Assembly: GCA_025355325.1 (NCBI GenBank)
Contig: JANXZX010000209.1
Coordinates: 73,211-137,210, forward strand
Length of the DNA: 64,000 bases
Reading direction: 5' to 3'
DNA from: Geobacteraceae bacterium
Lineage (GTDB): Bacteria > Desulfobacterota > Desulfuromonadia > Geobacterales > Pseudopelobacteraceae
The notes under the pieces are model-generated. The model was not told the origin of the DNA, searched no databases, and saw only the letters and a program-made list of their open reading frames with translations. The position numbers and the translations under genes were made by a program. Below are positions 8,827 through 16,822 of the stretch, one piece after another (position 1 is the stretch's first letter; each line of letters opens with the position of its first letter).

Positions 8827-10739
8827 TATTTGTAACTCCTTACGGCGAGATGTACATTATCAAACTTCAACGGCTCTTTGTGAAGTTCCGGCTCTTTTTT
8901 ATCGCCCTTGTATTCCCAGGCGCCGACATAACAGTAATTAACATCGTCACGCTGTGCCTCGCCTTCGTCCTGATATTCAGAACGGAAGTGGCCACCACAG
9001 GATTCATTGCGGTGATAGGCATCACGACACATAAGCTCGGCAAACTCAAGAAAGTCAGCCGTTCTACCGGCATTTTCCAGTTGCTGGTTAAGATCAGCAC
9101 CTTTACCGGAAACCTTGACATTCTTCCAGAATTCTTCGCGCAGAGCCGGAATCTTCTTGAGGTTAAGCTCAAGTGATTCTTTGGTGCGGGCCATTCCGCA
9201 GTTTTCCCACATGAGGCCGCCCAGTTCACGCATGAACTCGAAAACAGTCTTATTACCGTTTATATCGAGCAGTTTGTTATTGTAAGCATCAACTTCGTCA
9301 GCCGATTTTTTGAATTCAGGATTGTCGGTTTTGACGACACCAGGCTTAACACCTGCCAGATACCCGCCAATGGTGTACGGAATAACGAAGTAGCCGTCTG
9401 CAAGACCCTGCATGAGCGCGGAAGCCCCAAGGCGGTTAGCGCCGTGGACGGAGAAATTGGCCTCGCCCAGCACGAACAGGCCGGGGATATTGCTCATCAG
9501 GTTATAATCGACCCACAAACCACCCATTGAATAGTGTGGCGCCGGATACATACGCATAGGGCGTTTGTATCCATCTTCGTCAGTAATCTTTTCATACATC
9601 TCAAAAAGGTTGCCGTAACGTTCTTTTATGGTGTCAGCACCAACACGCTTAATGGATGTTGCAAAATCAAGGTAAACACCGCGACCACCAGGACCGACAC
9701 CCCGGCCATCGTCACACTGCTCTTTGGCAGCACGGGAAGCGATGTCACGTGGTGCAAGGTTACCAAATGAAGGATACTTGCGCTCCAGATAGTAATCGCG
9801 GTCCTCTTCAGGAACCTCATTTGGATGCTTGCCGCAATCTTCTTTTCTCTTGGGAACCCAGCAACGTCCATCGTTACGGAGCGACTCGGACATCAGAGTC
9901 AGTTTTGATTGATAATCACCAGCCTGCGGGATACAGGTCGGATGGATCTGGGTGTAGCAGGGGTTGGCGAAGAAAGCACCCTTCTTGTGAGCCTTCCAGT
10001 TAGCCGTTACCGAACAGCCCATGGCATTCGTGGAAAGATAGAAAACGTTGACGTAGCCACCGGTTGCCAGGCAGACAGCGTCAGCGGCGTAGCTTTCAAG
10101 TTCGCCGGTAAGCAGGTTACGGACAGTAATACCCTTGGCAACGCCATCAACAACGACAAGATCAAGCATTTCGCGGCGGTTATACATTTTAACCGTCCCC
10201 AACTTGATCTGACGCGAAAGAGCAGAGTACGCACCCAGAAGAAGCTGTTGTCCCGTCTGACCGCGAGCATAGAATGTACGGGAAACCTGAGCGCCGCCGA
10301 AGGAGCGGTTATCAAGGTAACCGGCATAGTCACGGGCAAAAGGAACACCCTGAGCCACGCATTGGTCGATAATGTTATTCGACACCTGAGAAAGACGCCA
10401 TACGTCAGCCTCACGAGCGCGGAAGTCGCCCCCTTTTATGGTGTCGTAGAACAGACGATAGATTGAATCACCATCATTCGGATAGTTTTTGGCAGCATTG
10501 ATACCACCCTGCGCAGCGATTGAGTGAGCACGGCGCGGGCTGTCCTGATAGCAGAACGCCTGGACGTTATAGCCAAGTTCACCAAGTGATGCAGCAGCAG
10601 CGCCACCGGCCAGTCCGGTACCAACAACGATAACGTTGTATTTACGTTTATTTGCGGGATTGACCAGCTTCAGGTCGAAGCGGTGTTTATCCCAGGTTTG
10701 TTCAATAGGTCCGGTTGGACATTTTCCATCAAGTATCAC
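8826..10739 (-). CDS. sdhA: Succinate dehydrogenase/fumarate reductase flavoprotein subunit
   Basis: The 637-aa ORF has the FAD-binding motif [17 protein letters not shown]. It also has [11 protein letters not shown] (the covalent-FAD His region), HYSMGG and [10 protein letters not shown]. Confidence 0.95.
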   Translation of the reverse strand: MILDGKCPTGPIEQTWDKHRFDLKLVNPANKRKYNVIVVGTGLAGGAAAASLGELGYNVQAFCYQDSPRRAHSIAAQGGINAAKNYPNDGDSIYRLFYDTIKGGDFRAREADVWRLSQVSNNIIDQCVAQGVPFARDYAGYLDNRSFGGAQVSRTFYARGQTGQQLLLGAYSALSRQIKLGTVKMYNRREMLDLVVVDGVAKGITVRNLLTGELESYAADAVCLATGGYVNVFYLSTNAMGCSVTANWKAHKKGAFFANPCYTQIHPTCIPQAGDYQSKLTLMSESLRNDGRCWVPKRKEDCGKHPNEVPEEDRDYYLERKYPSFGNLAPRDIASRAAKEQCDDGRGVGPGGRGVYLDFATSIKRVGADTIKERYGNLFEMYEKITDEDGYKRPMRMYPAPHYSMGGLWVDYNLMSNIPGLFVLGEANFSVHGANRLGASALMQGLADGYFVIPYTIGGYLAGVKPGVVKTDNPEFKKSADEVDAYNNKLLDINGNKTVFEFMRELGGLMWENCGMARTKESLELNLKKIPALREEFWKNVKVSGKGADLNQQLENAGRTADFLEFAELMCRDAYHRNESCGGHFRSEYQDEGEAQRDDVNYCYVGAWEYKGDKKEPELHKEPLKFDNVHLAVRSYK

Positions 10740-10749
10740 AATAACCCCC

Positions 10750-11439
10750 TTAACCTTTCAGAATGCCGGCAAAAATTGTCAGCGGGATGGTAACATAACC
10801 CAGGAAAATAACGAGAGCGACGAGAGAGCCGAGTTTTACAATAATCGGCTGGCTTCTGTCACAACTCCATCCCATGGTTTGGAAAAAGCTCTGAATGCCA
10901 TGTGAAAGGTGCAGAAAAAGAACTACCATCGCACCGGCGTAAATAAATGACACCAGGAAATTACTGAAACCTGATACAACCATGCCCAACACATTAGGCA
11001 CCATTTCATTATGGAGCGGCACCAGATGCTTCAAGGCGGCGGTTTCAGGATTTATAACCTGGAACGTGAAGTGTGCCAGATGATAGAGCAGAAATATTCC
11101 AATAAGGGCTCCTGTCCAAATCATATTTTCGCTGGCAAAGGTTGCTTTCTGTGTAGACTTGACTGCGTACTGCTGAGGGCGGCCACCACGGTTCTCAATG
11201 GTCAGCTGGATACCAAACCAGATGTGAATACAAACCATAGCGAGCATAACCAGACGAAAGCCGATAATAAAAGGTAACGGCAGACTATGGAGGTGTTCGG
11301 CGTAGGCGTTGATACCACCGTTGAGCCACCCGAAGATGGAGCTGTTTCCGAGCAGATGAATAACAGCGAACAGAACCATTGACTGGCCTGTAATCGCCAT
11401 AAAGACTTTTCTGCCAATGGATGACGAGGTGAATTGCAT
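10750..11439 (-). CDS. sdhC: Succinate dehydrogenase/fumarate reductase dihaem cytochrome b membrane subunit (type B, Wolinella/Bacillus-like)
   Basis: The 229-aa ORF has five predicted TM helices with conserved His residues (HLLGN, EHLHS, YHLAHF, LHLSHG). It is the first gene of the CAB operon. Confidence 0.8.
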   Translation of the reverse strand: MQFTSSSIGRKVFMAITGQSMVLFAVIHLLGNSSIFGWLNGGINAYAEHLHSLPLPFIIGFRLVMLAMVCIHIWFGIQLTIENRGGRPQQYAVKSTQKATFASENMIWTGALIGIFLLYHLAHFTFQVINPETAALKHLVPLHNEMVPNVLGMVVSGFSNFLVSFIYAGAMVVLFLHLSHGIQSFFQTMGWSCDRSQPIIVKLGSLVALVIFLGYVTIPLTIFAGILKG

Positions 11440-11828
11440 GGCATTCCTTCCTTTTTAGATAGTGTTATTCTTCACGGATAAATGTTTCTGAAACAATGGG
11501 AATTCTTGCAGATGATTCAACTTACGTCAGGGGGACCGCGCCAACAAAATCTGGAGACAACTTTCATTCGTAAACCTCCTTGAGAGTGTTATGTGGATGC
11601 GTCGATCAAAGTGGGTGGCGCACTCAGGTGTTTTCAATTGGTACAATCGCGGTGATACTAAACATCCGTTATATAAATTGCAACCTTTTTGTGTATACGG
11701 CTGATAATAAAACGGTATTGGCTGCAACATACTACGCACAAATTGCTTTTTAGAGCCCATTCTGATAGTAAGAGATATCAATAGAACAAACTCTGATCGT
11801 ATGCCTTGATCGGAGTTTTGGAGATTAC

Positions 11829-12932
11829 ATGAAATTCACGCTGTTAAAGAAAGACCCTCACTGCTCGGCTCGCCTTGGAATTGTCAGCACAGCACACGGC
11901 GATATTCAGACACCAATTTTCATGCCCGTTGCGACTCACGGGGCCATGAAACCGCTTACTCCTGCACAAATCAAAGATACCGGATCCCAGATAATTCTTT
12001 CAAATACATATCATCTGCACCTGCAACCGGGCGAAGGACTGGTAAAAAAAGCCGGAGGACTGCACAAGTTTATGGCATGGGACAAACCGATCCTGACCGA
12101 TTCGGGTGGATTTCAGGTATTTTCGCTCCCAAACAAGCGTATCACTGAGGAAGGCGTCTTCTTCAAACATGAAATCACGGGAGCTGAAATTTATCTCGAT
12201 CCGGCTACTGCAACCCGAATTCAGCAGGATCTGGGTGCCGATATTATTATGGCTTTTGACGAGTGTATTCCCTACCCGTGCGATAAATCGTATGCCGAAA
12301 AATCAACGAAGAAAACCATCCGCTGGCTGAAAGAGTGTCAAAATGCGATGACGGACAACGGCCAGGCCTTATTCGGCATTGTACAAGGAAGCGTCTACGA
12401 AGATCTGAGGGAAATGTGCGCGAAAGAGATGCGCAAACTGGACCTGCCGGGCTATGCCATTGGAGGGGTCAGCGTTGGCGAAGGGCTGGAACTCCTGAAA
12501 AAAATTGTCGGATTTACCACTCCTCACCTCCCCGAAGATAAGCCGCGCTATCTGATGGGTGTCGGCTTACCGGAGGACATTCTTGAAAGTGTCGAGCGCG
12601 GTATCGACATGTTTGATTGCGTAATTCCTACCCGCTATGCACGAAGCGCGACTCTATTTACCCGTCGGGGCCGCATCCGCCTTACCAACAAAAACTATAA
12701 ACGGGATTTCTTCCCAATTGATCCGAGCTGCACCTGTTATACCTGTCAAAATTTCACCAGGGCATACCTTCATCACCTCTTTGTCTCCAACGAAGTTCTT
12801 TCGGCTGTACTGTCGGCTATTCACAACGTCCATTTTTATCTGGCGATGATGTCTGAGATCCGTCACGCAATTGGGGAAGGACGCTACCCGGAATATAAAG
12901 CACATTTTTTATCGGAATATCAGCGAGGTTAG
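11829..12932 (+). CDS. tgt: Queuine tRNA-ribosyltransferase
   Basis: The 367-aa ORF has the Tgt motifs LTDSGGFQVFS, MAFDEC and GYAIGGVSVGE, plus the zinc site CTCYTC...H. Confidence 0.95.
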   Translation: MKFTLLKKDPHCSARLGIVSTAHGDIQTPIFMPVATHGAMKPLTPAQIKDTGSQIILSNTYHLHLQPGEGLVKKAGGLHKFMAWDKPILTDSGGFQVFSLPNKRITEEGVFFKHEITGAEIYLDPATATRIQQDLGADIIMAFDECIPYPCDKSYAEKSTKKTIRWLKECQNAMTDNGQALFGIVQGSVYEDLREMCAKEMRKLDLPGYAIGGVSVGEGLELLKKIVGFTTPHLPEDKPRYLMGVGLPEDILESVERGIDMFDCVIPTRYARSATLFTRRGRIRLTNKNYKRDFFPIDPSCTCYTCQNFTRAYLHHLFVSNEVLSAVLSAIHNVHFYLAMMSEIRHAIGEGRYPEYKAHFLSEYQRG

Positions 12933-12970
12933 TTCTTTGACCCGTATTCTCAACAACAAGGCAAAAAACC

Positions 12971-12999
12971 TTGACGTATGATTTTGTCTGAATTATAAG
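12971..12999 (+). promoter_or_regulatory. Sigma-70-type promoter for tRNA-Leu
   Basis: TTGACG, a 17-nt spacer, then TATAAG. The -10 element ends 10 nt before the mature tRNA 5' end. Confidence 0.6.
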
Positions 13000-13009
13000 T
13001 ATCAGCTCT

Positions 13010-13095
13010 GGCGGAGTGGTGAAATGGTAGACACAGCAGACTCAAAATCTGCCGAGGGCAACCTCATGCCGGTTCGAGTCCGGCCTCCGCTACCA
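13010..13095 (+). tRNA. tRNA-Leu (anticodon CAA), class II with long variable arm, CCA encoded
   Basis: I folded it by hand. The acceptor stem is GGCGGAG/CTCCGCT (G1-U72 wobble), with U8. The D stem is GTG..CAC. The anticodon stem GCAGA/TCTGC carries the loop CTCAAAA. There is a long variable arm, a T arm CCGG-TTCGAGT-CCGG, and the end is A-CCA. Confidence 0.9.
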
Positions 13096-13099
13096 TAAA
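13034..13099 (+). repeat. Direct repeat copy 1 (66 bp; anticodon stem through the 3' end of tRNA-Leu plus 4 nt); candidate attL
   Basis: It is identical over 66 bp to 14680-14745, compared base by base. Confidence 0.9.
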
Positions 13100-13105
13100 T
13101 AAATT

Positions 13106-13140
13106 AAGGCTTTGAAGGGATTACCTTTAAAGCCTTTTGC
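13106..13140 (+). terminator. Hairpin terminator after tRNA-Leu
   Basis: AAGGCTTTGAAGG-loop-CCTTTAAAGCCTT is followed by a T run. A diverged copy of the same hairpin follows the second repeat copy at 14753-14790. Confidence 0.6.
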
Positions 13141-13181
13141 TTTTGAGAAATAGTCAGTTTTCAAAATCTGGCTGCTGGTGG

Positions 13182-14381
13182 TCATATGATTGTTGCCTTG
13201 GCTTCAAATTCAGGTATGGCACGCAGCATGAATTGATCAAATAGCGGCACGGTAAAAGCCATGTCCCCGTGCGAAGGGCTGTAAATCATCCCTTTTTTGA
13301 TCAGGCTTGCCCGCACCGGACCAAGAGTTGTGATTTTTACACCAAGAAATTCCGCGATATCGGCAGTTCGATACGGGCCAGCTCCCAATTCGGCCATTGC
13401 TCGCAGATACATCTTTTCACGTGGAGTAAGGCGATTAAAGCGAACCCTGAAAAAGTTTTCATCGAGACGACTTGCAACAAGAGCGGTTGTTTCCTGAACA
13501 ATCTGGAGGGTAATTGGAGATGTGACTGCATGGTTCCATGATTGATATCCCCATTCTTGGAGGAAGTAGGGATATCCCTGCGTCAGCCGGTAAATTTCTG
13601 AAATAGCCACATCATCAAAGACTTCTCCTGCTGCTATCACCGGATCTTTGAGAGCTTTTGCCGCTTCCGGTTCCGCAAGAGGTCCGATATCGGGAAAGCT
13701 GAAAAGACGTTCGGCGTATGACTTTGAATCGCCAGCCAAACCGGGCAGAATCGGCAGCCCTGCACCAACCAAAACCAGAGGAAGCTGGCGCTGTTGCATT
13801 TTATGCATGGCCATTATCAGAGCACTCAATTCAGAGGAATTAAGGTATTGAATTTCGTCGATAAGGATAGCTACAGAGGTGTGGCGCTCTTCTGCCGCTT
13901 CGGCTACAGCGACAAAAAGGTTGGGGAGGTCTATTTCCAAATCACCGCTGTCAGCGGCTCCCTTTTCCGGATCGGTGTCCAGACCAAACTCCACTTCACC
14001 AACGCTTATCTTGATTCCGCCTATGAAACTTTTGAGCACTGCAAGACCGCGACGTGCTTTATCTCCAGCTCCGGCAATTCTATCGAGATCAAACAGGATA
14101 CGGCGAAGGTGCGGCACAAGCAGCAAAGCGAGTGGTTTATCCTCGTGAGCTTCCACAAGAATGGTCCGATAGCCGTTCGCAATCGCCATTCGCTCAATTT
14201 CATTGAGCAGTACCGTCTTGCCGACACCACGTAACCCTGTCATCAATATGCTTTTTTCAGGGCGTTTCAGGCGAACACGACCGAGCAGCACATGTGCCTG
14301 TTCCAGAATGCCGTCACGACCCGCCAGTTCAGGTGGCGGTGAGCCTGCTCCCGGAGAAAACGGGTTCTTGATTTTGTCCAT
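13182..14381 (-). CDS. AAA+ ATPase with C-terminal winged-helix-like domain (archaeal-ATPase/ORC-like family)
   Basis: The 399-aa ORF has Walker A GLRGVGKT and Walker B AILIDEIQYL. The N-terminal NPFSPGAGSPPPELAGRD is typical of this standalone ATPase family. The C-terminal ~80 aa look like a wHTH. Confidence 0.75.
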   Translation of the reverse strand: MDKIKNPFSPGAGSPPPELAGRDGILEQAHVLLGRVRLKRPEKSILMTGLRGVGKTVLLNEIERMAIANGYRTILVEAHEDKPLALLLVPHLRRILFDLDRIAGAGDKARRGLAVLKSFIGGIKISVGEVEFGLDTDPEKGAADSGDLEIDLPNLFVAVAEAAEERHTSVAILIDEIQYLNSSELSALIMAMHKMQQRQLPLVLVGAGLPILPGLAGDSKSYAERLFSFPDIGPLAEPEAAKALKDPVIAAGEVFDDVAISEIYRLTQGYPYFLQEWGYQSWNHAVTSPITLQIVQETTALVASRLDENFFRVRFNRLTPREKMYLRAMAELGAGPYRTADIAEFLGVKITTLGPVRASLIKKGMIYSPSHGDMAFTVPLFDQFMLRAIPEFEAKATII

Positions 14382-14679
14382 GCGATCACCTGTTTATATG
14401 AATTTATACTACTTTATACGGTAGTATACGAATAAAGTCGAATAATTATTTACAAATGGGTATAGATGGTCTTGCTAAGCTCTTAACGGTCATATTGGCT
14501 GTTTCTTTAATAGCTCCAGAATAGGGCCTGTCAATTAGTTTGTGTAAATGGTTTTTCAGGTCTTTTATAAAACAGGCATTCTGTCCTCAAAAAATATACT
14601 GAATTGGTTCAGTGCTGACTTCCAGTCTCTGATCGGCATAGCCCACCTAATACACGGATGGCTGGCATCCCATTTTCCG

Positions 14680-14745
14680 CAGCAGACTCAAAATCTGCCG
14701 AGGGCAACCTCATGCCGGTTCGAGTCCGGCCTCCGCTACCATAAA
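14680..14745 (+). repeat. Direct repeat copy 2 (3' fragment of tRNA-Leu, non-functional); candidate attR
   Basis: It is identical to 13034-13099. The 30 nt upstream lack the acceptor 5' strand and the D arm, so this is not a complete tRNA. Confidence 0.9.
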
Positions 14746-14822
14746 ATGAACAAAAGGCTTTGAAGGGTTTCCCCTCAAAGCCTTTTTCTTTGTCAAAAAC
14801 AAATTCAATATATCCACCAAGT

Positions 14823-16151
14823 CTATTCGTACATGTCTTCAATTTCCTTTTTTTGCTTGGCATAACATTCGGGACATACACCATGACTGAAGTCGGCATC
14901 TGAATGTTCGCTGATGTAATGCTCCAACTGATCCCAGTACCCGGAGTCATTACGTATTTTTTTACACCAGGCACAGATTGGAATGATACCGGAAAGGACA
15001 TTAACCTTTTCCAGTGCTTCTTCCAATTCAATGGTCCGTTGTTCCAGAAGGTCACGCTGCTTCACAAGAGCGTTTTCCTTATCACCAAGTTTTTCCAGAA
15101 GATCGTTAAACGACGTAGCCAGCAGACCGACCTCATCCGTACTGTCTATGGAAATTTTATAGGAATTGGGGGGGCTTTCTCTGATCAGCTCCACTTGAGC
15201 GGTAAGGTTCTTGAGATTAAAAGTTATCCGCTTCGTGAGAATCCAGACCAGGGTTATAGAAAGGATAATAATCACTGCTGACACGGTAATCAGGTATGAG
15301 CGCATGCGATATACCGGCTTGTATGCCTCATCTTTTGGAAAGACGCACCCGAGCACCCAGTCAACAGTTCTCAGACTCTTGAACGAGGCCAACTGTGGTA
15401 TTCCACGAGAATTTATAGTCTGACCGCTCCCTTCAAACCCAAGAAGTGCCTTATCCAACAGCTTGTTGCTGCCAACCGGCACATCTTGCTTCATAATCCG
15501 GTTCTTATCAGGATGAAGAATCAGTGTGCGATCCTTACTCATTATGTAGAGGTAGCCCTTCTTGCCAATTTTAAATCCCATGATTTCTTCAATGAAATAA
15601 TCATTGGTCAGGGTAATGCTGCCGACAAGAAAGCCAAGCAGTTTGTCCTTTTGGTCGCTGATCGGCACCGCCATAACAATTGCCGGAGCGCTCGAATTGG
15701 CACTTGGATAGGGATTGGAAATATCAGGAAGGCCGTTTGTTACAACAGTTTTCAGAAATGTTTCCAGCTCGGGAATTTTTTTCCCTTTTCTGCCGGAGAT
15801 GTAAGGGTTCTCGGCTATAATTGCAAAGTTGTCATCCAACAGCATAATTCCATTAGTGAACATACTGCGGATACCGCTTATCTGGTCAACGAGTTGCTGC
15901 GCTTTTACCTGATCGTGAAATGCGTCTTCTGAAACAATGCGCCCTGCATCCGCCAGTATGGAAAGCCAGGAACCGAGTTTGTCATCAACACTTCTGGCAA
16001 TGATTTCAGTCATTGCAAACTGCTGTTTCTCGATGCTTTCCCGGGTGAATGTTGAAGTAAAGGAAATGATCCCCCAACAACTGATAGAAAGGACGATAAA
16101 CAGAAAAATGCTTATGGTCAGAGCGTATTTTTTTTGAATGCCTAATTTCAT
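14823..16151 (-). CDS. Membrane sensor: TM - Cache-like periplasmic domain - TM - HAMP - coiled coil - Cys-rich C-terminal module (no kinase, GGDEF or MCP output)
   Basis: I prefer the ATG at 16151 (MKLGIQKKYALTISIFLFIV, TM1) over the upstream TTG at 16223. A second TM (LITVSAVIIILSITLVWIL) is followed by a HAMP-like segment. The C-terminus reads IPICAWCKKIRNDSGYWDQLEHYISEHSDADFSHGVCPECY. Confidence 0.7.
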   Translation of the reverse strand: MKLGIQKKYALTISIFLFIVLSISCWGIISFTSTFTRESIEKQQFAMTEIIARSVDDKLGSWLSILADAGRIVSEDAFHDQVKAQQLVDQISGIRSMFTNGIMLLDDNFAIIAENPYISGRKGKKIPELETFLKTVVTNGLPDISNPYPSANSSAPAIVMAVPISDQKDKLLGFLVGSITLTNDYFIEEIMGFKIGKKGYLYIMSKDRTLILHPDKNRIMKQDVPVGSNKLLDKALLGFEGSGQTINSRGIPQLASFKSLRTVDWVLGCVFPKDEAYKPVYRMRSYLITVSAVIIILSITLVWILTKRITFNLKNLTAQVELIRESPPNSYKISIDSTDEVGLLATSFNDLLEKLGDKENALVKQRDLLEQRTIELEEALEKVNVLSGIIPICAWCKKIRNDSGYWDQLEHYISEHSDADFSHGVCPECYAKQKKEIEDMYE

Positions 16152-16311
16152 GTCAGCACCGTAAATAATTTCATCTGACGATTGTAGCAAATAAGTACAG
16201 GAACGCAATACAGAAATAAGCAAACTCGCGCAACAAATATATTTGAATTCAAATATTTTCTGATTGATGGTATACGTGCTTCGTTCATTAACAACACAAG
16301 GAGGAATTCGA

Positions 16312-16698
16312 GTGCCAAATCAGATTATTGTCCGCTATACCGATGGAAAAGTACTTAAGGGAACCACCGCCGACCTGTTTCCAAACAAAAGAACCTTTCA
16401 TTTTAATGACAAGGATACCAACGCGATTCAAGAAATAGATGTACATTTGCTGAAGGCCATCTATTTTGTAAAAAGTTTTGAAGGAAATGCCGGCTATCAG
16501 GAGAAAGACGACATTGTGCGAATCGGGTTTGGCAAGAAGATAACCGTCCACTTTAAAGATGGCGAAACATTAGTGGGGTACACTCAAGGATACGCGCCGA
16601 ACAGGGATATATTTATTGTTTTTCCTGCCGATCCTGACAGTAACAACGAAAAAGTTTTTGTTGTTACCCACGCGACCAGCAAGGTAAGTTTTATGTAG
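16312..16698 (+). CDS. Hypothetical protein with two tandem small beta-rich repeats
   Basis: The GTG at 16312 is preceded by an AAGGAGG RBS, while the ORF track starts at 16264. Two halves are similar to each other: IIVRYTDGKVLKGTTADLFPNKRTFHF and ITVHFKDGETLVGYTQGYAPNRDIFIVF. Confidence 0.55.
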   Translation: MPNQIIVRYTDGKVLKGTTADLFPNKRTFHFNDKDTNAIQEIDVHLLKAIYFVKSFEGNAGYQEKDDIVRIGFGKKITVHFKDGETLVGYTQGYAPNRDIFIVFPADPDSNNEKVFVVTHATSKVSFM

Positions 16699-16763
16699 CT
16701 TTATCTGATATCGGGAGATGCCCTGGAAGCGCTCGTACGATACGGTTTTAATCACATAATTTC

Positions 16764-16809
16764 AAAAAGAAACGGCCCGCCGGATAATTCCGACGGGCCG
16801 TTTCTTTTT
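16764..16809. terminator. Bidirectional hairpin terminator between the convergent genes 16312-16698 and acnB
   Basis: GAAACGGCCCG-loop-CGGGCCGTTTC is flanked by an A run on the left and a T run on the right. Confidence 0.75.
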
Positions 16810-16822
16810 ATGCTACATGGGG

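Larger units (their letters stand above)
13100..14679. mobile_element. Putative remnant of a tRNA-Leu-integrated element (no integrase present)
   Basis: This 1.58-kb segment is bracketed by the 66-bp tRNA 3'-end direct repeat. Its only gene is the ATPase at 13182-14381, and about 300 bp at 14382-14679 is non-coding. Confidence 0.45.

Noticed and set aside
11527-11781. 84-aa minus-strand ORF in the sdhC-tgt intergenic region
   Set aside because: It has no RBS and no recognisable motifs, and it lies in the divergent promoter region. It is probably non-coding. I also saw no convincing riboswitch or sRNA structure there.
14680-14745. Possible second tRNA-Leu gene
   Set aside because: Only the anticodon stem to 3' end portion is present. 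The upstream sequence has no acceptor 5' strand or D arm, so this is an att-like fragment and not a gene.
14548-15055. ORFs 14548-14763 (+) and 14609-15055 (-), overlapping the tRNA fragment and the sensor 3' end
   Set aside because: One reads through the tRNA-derived repeat and the terminator hairpin. The other overlaps the well-supported sensor CDS in another frame. Neither has an RBS or any motifs.
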